Below are positions 19,700 to 29,460 of a DNA stretch of 49,865 nt, one piece after another; positions within the stretch are counted from its first letter, which is position 1, and each line of letters starts with the position of its first letter. The position numbers were made by a program, and so were the translations under genes. The DNA is from a virus (Duplodnaviria; Caudoviricetes), in IMG/VR virus record IMGVR_UViG_3300017700_000588, positions 1 to 49,865 of that record, one strand, 5' to 3'. Under the pieces are notes generated by a model. The model made no database searches and was not told where the DNA came from. It worked only from the letters and a program-made list of their open reading frames with translations.

Positions 19700-20173
19700 T
19701 CACCTTCTCTCGTCCCATTCAAAGTCTGCGGAAACGTTGATCTGATACCAACGTCCCTCGCGGCCCACTTCCTGGTACCTCGCGCGTTTAAACCAGACAT
19801 CCGAGGTGCGCTTGCCTTCGAATGCCTTCTTGGCGACCATCGCCAATTGAACCGCCAACGTCGAGCCCTTGTTGGACTTGTAGTCGGCAAACACTTGCAC
19901 GATGACGGTACCTTCCTGAGTGAAGAGTGACCCACCGTTACCGTCAGCGAGCGTGGCCTGGTTGCCTGTCGCATGACGGATATTGATACGCGCCCACGCG
20001 CGCCCGTTGTCGTCGTCACCGACGGGGCGACCTGTCCAGTTCGTGCTATCCTCGTACTGGATCGAGGCGGGGGCGAGTGGCGATCCGCCGAGAAGCGCCG
20101 GGGTGTCAGCCACCCAGACGCTGCGGAACCGCTCGTAGATTTGGTCTTGTGCTACTTCGAGCGTCGTGGCCAT
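19700..20173 (-). CDS. Tail terminator protein
   Basis: [19 protein letters not shown]...F; immediately upstream of tail tube. Confidence 0.7.
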   Translation of the reverse strand: MATTLEVAQDQIYERFRSVWVADTPALLGGSPLAPASIQYEDSTNWTGRPVGDDDNGRAWARINIRHATGNQATLADGNGGSLFTQEGTVIVQVFADYKSNKGSTLAVQLAMVAKKAFEGKRTSDVWFKRARYQEVGREGRWYQINVSADFEWDERR

Positions 20174-20544
20174 TTGCGCACATAATTCTGAAAGAGGATG
20201 TCCTCGTTGGACGGGTAGACGCGAGCGGGCTGGATGATAGCCCATTCGTCGCCGGCGATGAAGATGATGTCCGTGTCAAGGATCGGACCCCATGCCTCAA
20301 GCCCCTTCGCGGGGATATACGCGATCTTGTCGCCACGCTGGTAGGCGTAGCCTTCGACCTGATCGGGACGGAAGTCCAACAGCACCCCGACGGTCGTTGT
20401 CGAGGTCATGGTCGCATCGCCGGGACGCCAGGGCTTGTCGGCATCCGGTGGCGTGCCGTCGGTGTAACGCCGAACTTCACAGGCCTGGCCAAACTTGGTG
20501 ATGAGCCTGTGAGCGGTTGCGATCTTGCTGGTGTACTGTGTCAT
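20152..20544 (-). CDS. Head-tail joining (closure) protein
   Basis: A.RLI.KFGQ, D.PW, ..GD..YI; between adaptor and terminator. Confidence 0.7.
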   Translation of the reverse strand: MTQYTSKIATAHRLITKFGQACEVRRYTDGTPPDADKPWRPGDATMTSTTTVGVLLDFRPDQVEGYAYQRGDKIAYIPAKGLEAWGPILDTDIIFIAGDEWAIIQPARVYPSNEDILFQNYVRKWPRRSK

Positions 20545-21059
20545 CCGCGCACCACAGAACCAATGACCGTGCCGGAGTCGCAGAGCGGACCCATCAGACG
20601 ATCGATTGCGGGATAGGTGGTACCCACAGGGGCAGAACCTGCCCACTTGGTGCGTTCGGTGATCGGGCCGACGATCTCGAGCTTCTCGGTGACCTGACCG
20701 CCGCGATCAAGCGGCTCGAACAGATCAGTGCCGGCGGAAGCGAGCGCGGCGGCCTCACAGCATGCCCTGACCAGCGGCACTGGGAGCGGAGCCGGGTCCC
20801 ACGTCACATTGTCATATGAAACGCACTCCCGGGGCCAGTAGAGCGCCTGCGTGACGAGCAGTCGATAGCCTTGAAGCCTCGGCCCGTACTTCGCGTCGAG
20901 GTAGTCAGCTGCGTTACGCAGCGCGGCCTCCTGGACACCTTCTGCCAGGAGACCGAATGCGGTCTTGCCGCGAGCATTCAAATAGGCCTTGCAGTCGTCC
21001 ACGGAGACGTAGGTTTCTGCGTCGGCGAGCCCGGTTCCGTCCTCGACTACAATGGCCAT
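20541..21059 (-). CDS. Head-tail adaptor (DnaT-like annotated family)
   Basis: VEDGTG..DA.TYVSV, L..A.DYLD, QAL.WPR, VGPI...W motifs. Confidence 0.75.
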   Translation of the reverse strand: MAIVVEDGTGLADAETYVSVDDCKAYLNARGKTAFGLLAEGVQEAALRNAADYLDAKYGPRLQGYRLLVTQALYWPRECVSYDNVTWDPAPLPVPLVRACCEAAALASAGTDLFEPLDRGGQVTEKLEIVGPITERTKWAGSAPVGTTYPAIDRLMGPLCDSGTVIGSVVRG

Positions 21060-21065
21060 ATCGGA

Positions 21066-21644
21066 TCACTCCTTGTCGTTCGCGCGGATCGCAGCGAGAA
21101 TGTCACCCTTCTTGCGGGCGTCGCCGAGATCGATTTCCTTGTCCGCGGCGTAGTCGATCAACTCGGCCTTGGTCATGCCGTCGAGCCCATCGTCTTCCTT
21201 GGCGCCGTCGCCGAGGTCGGTCTTGAGCTTGTCTTCGCGGCGCTCGAGTTCGGCCAGGATGATCTCCATCGCGGCTTCCTTCGTGCGGACGGCTTCGTCG
21301 CTGAGTGCCGCGGCGAGCTTCTGCATCTCGGGGAAGGACATCTGTTCCCACTGCTCGGGAATGTCGATGGCCGGCGTGCCGTCCTCGTTGTGCATCGACG
21401 CCTCACGCGCGAAGACGCGCTTGTCGAAGCCTTCATAGGCGGACTGGATCATCGCCTTGACGCCCGACGGGAAGTCGCCGATGTATTCGATCTTGTCGGC
21501 TTCCTCGGTGTCGGCGAAGTTGGCAGCATCGAGCGTGCGAGCGTTGCCGCCTGCAGCGCGAAGCTCCATCGCCCGTTCCTTGGCTTCCGCCGCGGAGTCG
21601 GGCCCGTAGTGGTAGAGAACGTGACGCGTCTTGACGTTAACCAT
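21066..21644 (-). CDS. Hypothetical head-associated protein with HeH/Rho-N-like repeats
   Basis: WEQMSFPEMQKLAA and LDGMTKAELIDYAA..EIDL..A.KK.DILAAI; after capsid gene. Confidence 0.55.
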   Translation of the reverse strand: MVNVKTRHVLYHYGPDSAAEAKERAMELRAAGGNARTLDAANFADTEEADKIEYIGDFPSGVKAMIQSAYEGFDKRVFAREASMHNEDGTPAIDIPEQWEQMSFPEMQKLAAALSDEAVRTKEAAMEIILAELERREDKLKTDLGDGAKEDDGLDGMTKAELIDYAADKEIDLGDARKKGDILAAIRANDKE

Positions 21645-21666
21645 AGTCGATGTCCCTTATAAGAGT

Positions 21667-21692
21667 GGGCGAGTGCATGATTGCACCCGCCC
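21667..21692 (-). terminator. Hairpin downstream of capsid gene (probable partial terminator)
   Basis: gggcgagtgca-tgat-tgcacccgccc stem; weak U tract. Confidence 0.45.
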
Positions 21693-21718
21693 TATCAAGT
21701 CCCACCCAGGAGGGAGGC

Positions 21719-22717
21719 TTAGCGGGACTTGATGACGACGCCGGGGAAGTCCTTGAAGGACTGCATGACGGCATCCCAGTTCGACGCGGTGCCGACGGCC
21801 GAGGCCGACGGATTGGCGCCGCCGTTCGTGGCGTCCCAGGTGAAGCCCTTCATCTTCAGGTTGTAGGCGTATTCGCCCTGCATCCGGACGATGAGGTTCT
21901 CGAGGCCGGTGATGATGTCGCGAGCGATGGTGGTCTCCTCGGAGTCCTCCACTTCCAGCGCCGCCGCCGTCAGGCCGAACGAGTAGTAATCCGTGACAGC
22001 CGGCGAGCCGGAGGTCACAGCCAGGGACGCGGAGTCCGTCACCAGAACCGGACGGTTCAGCGTGATCGGGGTTGCCGAGCCGACGTTGAAGTTGGACACG
22101 CCATCGATGTTGGCCGTGATCTGGTTCTGCACCAGGTCATAGTACGGCTTCGAGTGCATGACCCACACGACGATGCGGTCGGCGGCGTCACCGTACTTCG
22201 CCAGGCCCGACACGAGACCCGAGGTCCCGAGCGTGCCGTTCGAGGGAACGGTGTAGAGGTTGGTGGCCTGGTTGTTCAGGGCGACACGGAGGGCGAGCAG
22301 CGCGGTGTTGAGCTGTTCGATCTGCATGGCCTTGGCAGCCTGGACGCCGATGGCGAAGTCGAGCGCGTTCTCGTTGAAGGGACCGTGCTGGATCTTCTTG
22401 AACGAGTCGATCGTGTTGGCCACAGGGCCGATCTTGCGGTTCAGCTTGACGCCGATCTGTTCGGCCTGCGCGAGCGCCAGGTCGGTCACGGCGGCCAGCG
22501 CGGCGGAGCCGGTGTTGACGCGACGGGTGACGAGGTTGGCCGTGGAGGCGAAGAACGACTCGTAGTCGAAGTCACCGCGGCGCGAAACCGAGGTCAGCTT
22601 GATGGCGCCGCGGGATGCGGCATTGAACGCCGCCGACATCTGGACGAGGGTCTCGACCATGCCGGAGTGCGTATACTCATTGTAAATCTTGAAGTTCGAG
22701 GCGGTACCGGTGGCCAT
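21719..22717 (-). CDS. Major capsid protein
   Basis: 332 aa, strongly biased codons, FNAASRGAI, WVMHSK.Y.DL, LNRPVLVTDS, KGFTWD; downstream of scaffold. Confidence 0.85.
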   Translation of the reverse strand: MATGTASNFKIYNEYTHSGMVETLVQMSAAFNAASRGAIKLTSVSRRGDFDYESFFASTANLVTRRVNTGSAALAAVTDLALAQAEQIGVKLNRKIGPVANTIDSFKKIQHGPFNENALDFAIGVQAAKAMQIEQLNTALLALRVALNNQATNLYTVPSNGTLGTSGLVSGLAKYGDAADRIVVWVMHSKPYYDLVQNQITANIDGVSNFNVGSATPITLNRPVLVTDSASLAVTSGSPAVTDYYSFGLTAAALEVEDSEETTIARDIITGLENLIVRMQGEYAYNLKMKGFTWDATNGGANPSASAVGTASNWDAVMQSFKDFPGVVIKSR

Positions 22718-22753
22718 TGTGAGGCTCCCATTCAGATGATGATTGGAACCCGC

Positions 22754-23518
22754 TTAGGACATGGGCAGCTTGAGATAGGCCGCTTCACCGTGCTTGGTGA
22801 TGAACTCGGTTTTCTCGACCATGGACATTTGCGAGCGCTTGAGGTTCCCGTGACCGGCACCGCCTTTGTCATCGGTATCGGAAGCACCGCTTCCACCTTG
22901 TCCGGAGCCCTTGAAGAGGGACGGATACTTCACCTTGGCCTCTTTCACGAGGTCGGCGAAGGTTGCCTGGCCGTCAGCACCGCTGCCTGCCATGGCGGTC
23001 GACTTGTCGGGGCTGACGATCTTGGTCTTGACCGTTTCGCCTTCGACCTCGAACTTGACCCGATCCCGAAGGATGTTGGGCAGCAGTTCGATACCTTCCG
23101 CAGTCGCCTCGTTCTTCACAAGTTCAGAAGTGAGGTTATACGAAAGCTCCGTATTCTGGTACTTATTGCGCCAAATGTCAACCTGGCTGGTGAGCGTGCC
23201 CTTTTCCTTGTCCCAGTTGGCACGATGCTGGTTCAGGATGGTCTCGTGATCGCCGGCCTCGCGCGCCTTCTTCTCGGCATCGGCAGCCTGCGCCGCCAAG
23301 AGCTCGCTGATCTCTTCGGCCGTCTTGCCGAGCTTCTCCCAAGCAGTCACCTTGGCGGCAATCGCCTTGGTCGACTTGAGTTCGTTCTTGACGTGGGCGA
23401 CCGTGTTCTTCAGCGCGGTCACGTCCTCGAGATGGAACTTGCCATCCTTCTCGATGTAGAAGCCACGGAGATCTTCGTCAACCGTGTCGAGGGAGTCTAC
23501 GATTTTTTCGATGGGCAT
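22754..23518 (-). CDS. Capsid scaffolding protein
   Basis: Coiled coil, YPSLFK.S..GGSG, C-terminal SQMS..EK.EFI.KHG..AYLKLP. Confidence 0.8.
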   Translation of the reverse strand: MPIEKIVDSLDTVDEDLRGFYIEKDGKFHLEDVTALKNTVAHVKNELKSTKAIAAKVTAWEKLGKTAEEISELLAAQAADAEKKAREAGDHETILNQHRANWDKEKGTLTSQVDIWRNKYQNTELSYNLTSELVKNEATAEGIELLPNILRDRVKFEVEGETVKTKIVSPDKSTAMAGSGADGQATFADLVKEAKVKYPSLFKGSGQGGSGASDTDDKGGAGHGNLKRSQMSMVEKTEFITKHGEAAYLKLPMS

Positions 23519-23533
23519 TGTCAGCACCGCTGT

Positions 23534-24133
23534 TTATTGGTCGCTACCAGCGAACCAGGTTGGGGTTGGTGAACCGAGGAGACTCCTCGTCCATCCAGAG
23601 AGTGACCGCACAGAATGCTTGAGGCAGGGATATGCAATCTTCCATGACTCGACAAACTGATCCCGCTCATGCCAAAGGTCGGCACTGAAGAAGTGCTTTT
23701 CCTGAGTTTCGAGCGGGATGCCTGCGAGAACAATTCGATCACAACCTTCTGCCTGAGCAGCCTTTACAGCCAATAACCCGGAAGAACCGCTTCCGGTCAT
23801 TCCAGGATAACGATAGTCCAGCCATTTGTCGATACGCGGGTCTCCGCCGGGCACGAGCCCGGGCTGGCACGGCTCATGCGCGTATGTGAGATAGTCGTCG
23901 TTCAAGCCGTTTTGGCGCCTAAGTGTTTGCCAATTCAGCATTTTTTCCGGGTGCAAGGATACCCAGAAGTCGATACGGTCGCTGTAGACCGTGCCGATGT
24001 CGTTCACCACGAAAACGAGAGCTGGTCGGAATTCGCGGAGTGCGATTGTGAGATCGTCCCAGACGCAGGCTGCTCCTCCGACGACGAGGGCGGTGCCGGG
24101 ACGGGGCTTGTCTGAGGCGGTTCGAGGGGCCAT
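23534..24133 (-). CDS. Glycosyltransferase-like protein (MAF/DUF115/GT29-like Rossmann fold)
   Basis: ALVVGGA..VWDDL, VVND, WVSLHPE, GSSG..AV..A...G..RIVLAG.P motif series. Confidence 0.5.
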   Translation of the reverse strand: MAPRTASDKPRPGTALVVGGAACVWDDLTIALREFRPALVFVVNDIGTVYSDRIDFWVSLHPEKMLNWQTLRRQNGLNDDYLTYAHEPCQPGLVPGGDPRIDKWLDYRYPGMTGSGSSGLLAVKAAQAEGCDRIVLAGIPLETQEKHFFSADLWHERDQFVESWKIAYPCLKHSVRSLSGWTRSLLGSPTPTWFAGSDQ

Positions 24134-24148
24134 AGGTCTAACATCTCC

Positions 24149-24685
24149 TCAGGTGTGGCACTGGACATGGGCGGTCATCCATTCGTCAACCTGGCCAATC
24201 TTCACCGGACCGATGACTGCAAGCTTGTTGCGCCACCAGCCGATGGGTTTGATCGTTTGCTGAACCTTCCGGCCTAGCAGGTCGTTGAACCCCAAGTCTC
24301 GGATGGGGATCGTAAAGTAGATTTGCTTGCGCGCGAGATGGTTGATGCACAGGAGCGTCTGTGCGACGTACTCCTCAGGCACGTGGTCCATCATCCCAAG
24401 GCAGACGCCGTAGTCTCGGGGTGATTTCTCATAGCAGTCCGACATCTGGGTGAGATTGCACAGGAGCGTGTCCTCATGCGCCTTCACCATATCGATGCCC
24501 ATTGTGATGATGCCGCGCTGGTTCAGCCAGTCAACCATGTGCCCATCACCGCAACCGAAGTCATAGACCATATCACCCCGGCCAAGGCCGAGGAGTCGCT
24601 GTATCTCTGCGGGTTTGTGGATGCCAGGAGCTTCAGCGTATTCCCGATGACGCCAAGCCTTGGTGAGCAGCGCGACTGAACTCAT
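24149..24685 (-). CDS. Class I SAM-dependent methyltransferase
   Basis: VYDFGCGDG motif I, GIDM, C..MMDHVP, T.KP..WW. Confidence 0.75.
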   Translation of the reverse strand: MSSVALLTKAWRHREYAEAPGIHKPAEIQRLLGLGRGDMVYDFGCGDGHMVDWLNQRGIITMGIDMVKAHEDTLLCNLTQMSDCYEKSPRDYGVCLGMMDHVPEEYVAQTLLCINHLARKQIYFTIPIRDLGFNDLLGRKVQQTIKPIGWWRNKLAVIGPVKIGQVDEWMTAHVQCHT

Positions 24686-25341
24686 GCCGGCACCGGATAG
24701 CTGCGGTCACCGATAAACATCGGAGCCTGTGGTTCCTCGCTCGTGCTGTACTCGAGGGTATAGGCCTTGGGGACTCGAACGTCACCCTGCGTCTCGAGCT
24801 TGTACCGACGGATGCCCGCAAGCTCGAAGATCTCCAACGCCACGCGGTTCATGACCGACGTGGCAGCCGTGACGGTGATCGCCCCGACCGCAGAGTTGCT
24901 GATCGAGTAGGGCGCGTGTTGCTTGAACGTGTCCAGCGGCTTGAGGTTGAGCCCGTAGCCCGCGCGCATGGCCTTGAGCACTCGTTGTCCCTCGAGAACC
25001 TCTGCGGAACCAAGCCACGCCCAGAGCTGTCGTCCGAGAATGGGCATGTCGATGTTGGCGCGGAGATCGCCCGTCACAACACCGTGCTGTGTGCCGAGAA
25101 ACGACGCGGTATCCTTCACCAGCGACTTCAGCTGGTTGTTGAGGTTCGTTGAGATGCTCGCCCAGGCCGGTTGACGTGCGAGCGACAGCGATGACGCAAT
25201 GCTGGTAGCGTCTAGCCTCCCTACGAGCGTCTTCGTGCTCAGGATCGTCATCGTCGCATCGCTCGTAGACGCAAATGCGGCAATGTTTGTCTTCAGGTGA
25301 CTGCGGAACAGTTCCCGTTGACGTTCCTCGAATTCCTTCAT
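24682..25341 (-). CDS. Hypothetical protein, possibly degenerate minor head (gpF-like) protein
   Basis: Position after portal; PILGR.L..W, A.AITVTA.TSV.N resemble gpF N-terminal half; lacks C-terminal HxxCR. Confidence 0.4.
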   Translation of the reverse strand: MKEFEERQRELFRSHLKTNIAAFASTSDATMTILSTKTLVGRLDATSIASSLSLARQPAWASISTNLNNQLKSLVKDTASFLGTQHGVVTGDLRANIDMPILGRQLWAWLGSAEVLEGQRVLKAMRAGYGLNLKPLDTFKQHAPYSISNSAVGAITVTAATSVMNRVALEIFELAGIRRYKLETQGDVRVPKAYTLEYSTSEEPQAPMFIGDRSYPVPA

Positions 25342-25598
25342 GGCCGGAACCTCATGTAGACACCGCGTTGGAAGAGCGCGATGGTCTTGTCCTCATCGGG
25401 AGTGGCTATGACATCGAGATAGTACTCGTTTGTCTCGATCACCATGACCATGTGGATAGGCGCGAGCTCTCCGGCGTCAATGCGCCGAAGAGTATTGATG
25501 AGCGCATCCCGCACAGACCAGATGCTGGCCTTCTCCTCTTTGCGGGCGCGGTGTTCTGTGAGGCTCACAGGCTCTTTCGTGTAGTCATCGTCGGCCAT
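25338..25598 (-). CDS. Hypothetical protein
   Basis: Translationally coupled to portal stop; SL.E.RA......WS.RDAL motif. Confidence 0.55.
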   Translation of the reverse strand: MADDDYTKEPVSLTEHRARKEEKASIWSVRDALINTLRRIDAGELAPIHMVMVIETNEYYLDVIATPDEDKTIALFQRGVYMRFRP

Positions 25599-27121
25599 TA
25601 CTTCACGTCGCTCCCGATGCCAGGGGTTCCACCGTTTGGCGCACCCGGAACGCGGGCTGCAGCCTGTTGCTTGAAGGTCTCGGCAGCCTGCTTGAGCGCC
25701 TCCTCTTCCTCGGCCTTGACCAGGATGTTCTCAGCCTTCTCATCGAAGTCGTCTGCAAGGATGTTGCGGCGCTTGAGTTCACGCCAGAACGTCTCGCGGG
25801 AGATTTCCCCAGCGATGCGTGCTTGGATGAGCCCCTGGACGTCCGCTGCGTCCCTCAGCGTGATGCCGAAGTCGGTGTTCACCTTGACCTTGGCTTCGCC
25901 CGACGACTTCATCCACTGGGCAGATGCCCACAGGGCCAGGTCGATGGTATCCTGCAGGCCCAAGGCCATGAACTGCAGCGGCGAGTTGATGTCCGCGTAG
26001 TCCAGTGCCTTGGCGGTGGCAGTCTGTCCACCTCCGTTCATCGGCATGAGCAGCTCGAGGCCCATCAGCCGCATGTTGTCCTCCAGGTCCAACAGGTCCT
26101 GACGGCCTGAGCCGATTGCCGCGCCGGAGTGCTCGACGTAGCCCATCGTGGCGTTCTCCGGACCTTGAATGTGCCGGTTCGGCCCGATGATGAGCTTGCT
26201 AGCATCTTCGCCAAGTCCGGAGGAGAACAGGATCGGCACGCGGGCGACGTGCAAGATCTGACGCTGGTCTGAGCTGCTTTGCCAGTGCGCGACGTTCATC
26301 CACGCGAGGTCCTCCAGAGGCGGGTTCGCTAGCTGGAAGCCGACGCGGCCGGTGTAGACCGTGAAGAACGGAATGAACCCGAGAGTCATGGGGCCTTCGT
26401 CTTCGATCACCCACACAGTCTGGCCGTTCACAGTGTCCTGTCGCCAGATCTTGTAGTACGTCAGCCCGATCTCGCGGATGCGGAGAACCTCCTTCTCGCC
26501 GTAGTCTCCGTCATCCTCCATCGTGGTCTCGCGGAGACGGATCTGCGTCAGCATCTGCTGGCTACCGACACGCTGCGAGCGATAGCCGATAAGCTGGCGG
26601 GGCTTGTAGTGCACCCAGTACGGGCGGCGACGTTCTGCGAGGTCGTCTGCAAGCGTCGGGTTCGTCTTGGTCGACTTGGGCATGTCCACGAGGATGTGGC
26701 TCAGCCCGTATTGCATCGCTGTGCGGAAGACTTCCTCCGCGAACAGGTTCAGCTTGCGGCCCTCCTTGTCGATGTCCTCGACCATCTCCGCAAGTCTGGG
26801 GTCTGCACCTTCTCGCAGCACGATGGGCTTGGAGAACGGCTTGCCCGTCATAGAGCGGACGGTTCTGGCGAACGCGTTGAGCAGGAAGGATCGCTCGAGG
26901 CGGGCAGTGTAATTGCCAGAGGACTCCTTGTCGTCCTGCGGCAGGTATGTGGTGGCCGCTGCGCGCATGGCGGTGGTGCCGCCCATGAGTGCTTCGACCA
27001 GAGGCCAACGCCGGGACATCTCCGCGTAGTTGCGGGACTCCAGGCCCGGGTTCAGTGTGGTGTTGATCGCCGTCGTGATATTGTTGGGTCCGAGGGACAC
27101 AATCTCGTGAGCTGATGGCAT
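25598..27121 (-). CDS. Portal protein (DUF4055 family)
   Basis: MGGT.AMR.A..YLP...E...Y.ARL, PPL.DLA..N..HWQSSSDQ..ILH.ARVP. Confidence 0.9.
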   Translation of the reverse strand: MPSAHEIVSLGPNNITTAINTTLNPGLESRNYAEMSRRWPLVEALMGGTTAMRAAATTYLPQDDKESSGNYTARLERSFLLNAFARTVRSMTGKPFSKPIVLREGADPRLAEMVEDIDKEGRKLNLFAEEVFRTAMQYGLSHILVDMPKSTKTNPTLADDLAERRRPYWVHYKPRQLIGYRSQRVGSQQMLTQIRLRETTMEDDGDYGEKEVLRIREIGLTYYKIWRQDTVNGQTVWVIEDEGPMTLGFIPFFTVYTGRVGFQLANPPLEDLAWMNVAHWQSSSDQRQILHVARVPILFSSGLGEDASKLIIGPNRHIQGPENATMGYVEHSGAAIGSGRQDLLDLEDNMRLMGLELLMPMNGGGQTATAKALDYADINSPLQFMALGLQDTIDLALWASAQWMKSSGEAKVKVNTDFGITLRDAADVQGLIQARIAGEISRETFWRELKRRNILADDFDEKAENILVKAEEEEALKQAAETFKQQAAARVPGAPNGGTPGIGSDVK

Positions 27122-27123
27122 TG

Positions 27124-28482
27124 CTAAATCTCCGCGCTGGTTGCTTTCCTGAGGGGCGAGATGAGTAGTTCGGTAAACGCCCAAATCGCAGCATCTGCGC
27201 GGTTGGGGGAGCCAACACCCATGTAGCCGTCATGAGTGAAGAAGCAGAGCTCGTCCTCCAGTACGGAGAACTGCCCGAGATGGTGAACCTTGTGCTGCTC
27301 GTAGAGCGAGGCCACAGGCTGTGCGCGGATGTGCTTGCCGCGGGAGGCGTGGATCAGTTTGATCGGGACGTCTCGTCCGCCAGGCACAGAGCGGATCGTG
27401 TTCTCCACCATAGCACCGCCGAAGTTGGACTCCGCAATGATGCAGTCGGCTTCGTACTCGTGGTAGGCTGCGACGGCTCGTGCGGCCCAGACACTCGGGG
27501 GCGCATTGCACGTGCGGTCGTCGATGATGACGCCGTGGCGGTCGTGGGTGCGCCCGGCGACCACAATGCCAACGTCGTCCTGGTTCTCGTTACCAGCCGT
27601 ACCGGACGGGTCCACAGAGACGATGATCCTCTGAAGCTCCGGGAGAGTTTTGGTGCGGGATCGCTCGATGTCGTCACGAGAGAACATGGCGCCCGGCACA
27701 TCGTCCAAGATCTCCGCGTCGATTTCCTGCCTGCCGAGTCGTGTGCCCTCGTACTTGTTGACCACCTGGTTGAAGAACGAGCGCGCGAGGTTGGCCTCGT
27801 TGTCGTAGGTGGAGCCGCGGGTGACATGGGTGTAGGAGTACTTGAGAATTTCCCTGATTAAGGGGAGAGGACGCGGGGTCGTGGTGATGAGCTGCTTGGG
27901 GTCATCCCCGAGTCGCATACCGAACTGCAGCTGATCCCACGTCTCCTGCATGTATCGCCACTTGGCCAACTCGTCGAGCCAGGCAAACTCGAACTGCGGT
28001 CCACGGAGCTGGTCAGGCTCGGTAGCGTTGTAGAGACCCGCGGATGCGCCGTTGGGCCAAGTCAGTCGTCGCTTGGATGGCTCATACAGGGGCCTAAACG
28101 CCTTCGGGCTATTTGCGAGGATACCGGATGGACCTTCCACCATGACGTCTCGCACGTCGGCCGCAGTTTCTCCGATGATGGCGAATAGTCGGGCACGTCC
28201 GCGACTGAGAGGGGTAGGGCCCTCAGCAAATGCACGGACAGTCTCAGCTCCGGTGCGTGTTTTACCGAAGCCGCGGCCGGCGAGAATACACCAGATAGAC
28301 CAAGGATCAGCAGGAACCTGCTGGTCAGGGCGACCCCAGAACTTCCAGTCATTTGCGAGGGCCTTTAATTGGTTTGGCGTCAATGACTCGAGGATCGACT
28401 GACGTTCTTGCTCGCTCAGCAAGGCGATTGAGCTGGCGAGAGATAGCTTCGGCTGGGCTCTCCTCGAGATGATTGAGCTCAT
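27124..28482 (-). CDS. terL: Terminase large subunit
   Basis: AGRGFGKTR Walker A, LRGPQF..AW.DELA, TTTP, VSVDP, RADA nuclease motifs. Confidence 0.95.
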   Translation of the reverse strand: MSSIISRRAQPKLSLASSIALLSEQERQSILESLTPNQLKALANDWKFWGRPDQQVPADPWSIWCILAGRGFGKTRTGAETVRAFAEGPTPLSRGRARLFAIIGETAADVRDVMVEGPSGILANSPKAFRPLYEPSKRRLTWPNGASAGLYNATEPDQLRGPQFEFAWLDELAKWRYMQETWDQLQFGMRLGDDPKQLITTTPRPLPLIREILKYSYTHVTRGSTYDNEANLARSFFNQVVNKYEGTRLGRQEIDAEILDDVPGAMFSRDDIERSRTKTLPELQRIIVSVDPSGTAGNENQDDVGIVVAGRTHDRHGVIIDDRTCNAPPSVWAARAVAAYHEYEADCIIAESNFGGAMVENTIRSVPGGRDVPIKLIHASRGKHIRAQPVASLYEQHKVHHLGQFSVLEDELCFFTHDGYMGVGSPNRADAAIWAFTELLISPLRKATSAEI

Positions 28483-28897
28483 CGGCGTTGGGGTCCTCTG
28501 GGATCGGTGCGTTATCGCGATAGATGTGTGGACGGCGGGACTTGAGGAGGAACATCAGCAGTACGTCGGACTTCTTTCGCACAGTGTTGACCCGGCGACC
28601 CTTGTAAAACACAGGCTCCATGATACCGGCCACAGCGCGACGGTGGAGTTCCGCTTCAATTGCGTCGGTACCCATGTCGAGGGCCTCTTGGAACGCGGCT
28701 TCTGCTCTGGGATTGCCTCTGCGAAACTTCCTGATCTGCTTGGTGGTGAGATCGGCCTGTCGCGCGGCGTCGTGAACGTTGCCGCACTCAATGAGATAGT
28801 CCAGAAACAGGCCGAACTTCTTGTCCGTGGGTAGGGTCACTGGTACCCAGTCCTCGAGTTCCTCTTCGACTTTCGCTAGTAGAAGTTTTGAAACCAT
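28349..28897 (-). CDS. terS: Terminase small subunit
   Basis: FL..L...GNV..AA, E.E..RRAV.G..EPVFYKG, SD.LL.FLLK..RP. Confidence 0.85.
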   Translation of the reverse strand: MVSKLLLAKVEEELEDWVPVTLPTDKKFGLFLDYLIECGNVHDAARQADLTTKQIRKFRRGNPRAEAAFQEALDMGTDAIEAELHRRAVAGIMEPVFYKGRRVNTVRKKSDVLLMFLLKSRRPHIYRDNAPIPEDPNADELNHLEESPAEAISRQLNRLAERARTSVDPRVIDAKPIKGPRK

Positions 28898-29011
28898 CTT
28901 CTTTTCCAAAATCGAGAAAGGGTTCTCCGAACCTTAGTCCTGTGCGTGGTGCGGGTCGGCGGCAAAATACGTGCCATCGGTCGTGGGTGGGACACGGTGG
29001 CATGGGTGTGG

Positions 29012-29027
29012 TTAATAACGCGTTAAC
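29012..29027. promoter_or_regulatory. CtrA-type box upstream of terS
   Basis: TTAA-taacgcg-TTAAC. Confidence 0.6.
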
Positions 29028-29072
29028 GCCCGCATTGTCAATGACAGCGCGGACGTCGCATGTATAGATTGG

Positions 29073-29387
29073 TTAACGGATTGTTATATCGATGCGGGTA
29101 TCATGCATATGCACAGGTGCGTGCATGATGTTGCATGTATATTGCATGTCTGTTCCGTATAACATCACGCATATACGATCATCATCATACATCATCACAC
29201 GATCAATACGTTGTGTATCAGGTTCGATTACATGCGTGTGTGTGCGTGCGAAGGTAATTGCACGCATCATATCAGGCGCGTTACATGCGATTACTTTGTC
29301 GTGTTCAACGAAATGCACGAGAAACACATGCAACGGGGCGTTGTTAACAAACGCGGGGCGGGAATTGCGTCGTCCGAATATGGTCAT
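29073..29387 (-). CDS. Hypothetical protein (cassette D gene 2; start uncertain 29387-29438)
   Basis: ORF co-oriented with cassette; composition-biased so both strands are open. Confidence 0.45.
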   Translation of the reverse strand: MTIFGRRNSRPAFVNNAPLHVFLVHFVEHDKVIACNAPDMMRAITFARTHTHVIEPDTQRIDRVMMYDDDRICVMLYGTDMQYTCNIMHAPVHMHDTRIDITIR

Positions 29388-29460
29388 GATTAACATCCCG
29401 TTAAAAGAATACGCACACACGATGCAGGTGCATCGCATGTGCGCAGCGTGTGTGTGACGT

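Noticed and set aside
21650-23572. Long antisense ORFs (e.g. 21650..23572 +, 1845..3119 -, 10992..12077 +, 18706..19740 +)
   Set aside because: Shadow frames of high-GC3 genes on the opposite strand; no RBS or recognisable motifs
29092-29457. Plus-strand 121-aa ORF mirroring 29073..29438
   Set aside because: Open on both strands because of the purine-pyrimidine alternating composition; promoter and terminator point to the minus strand
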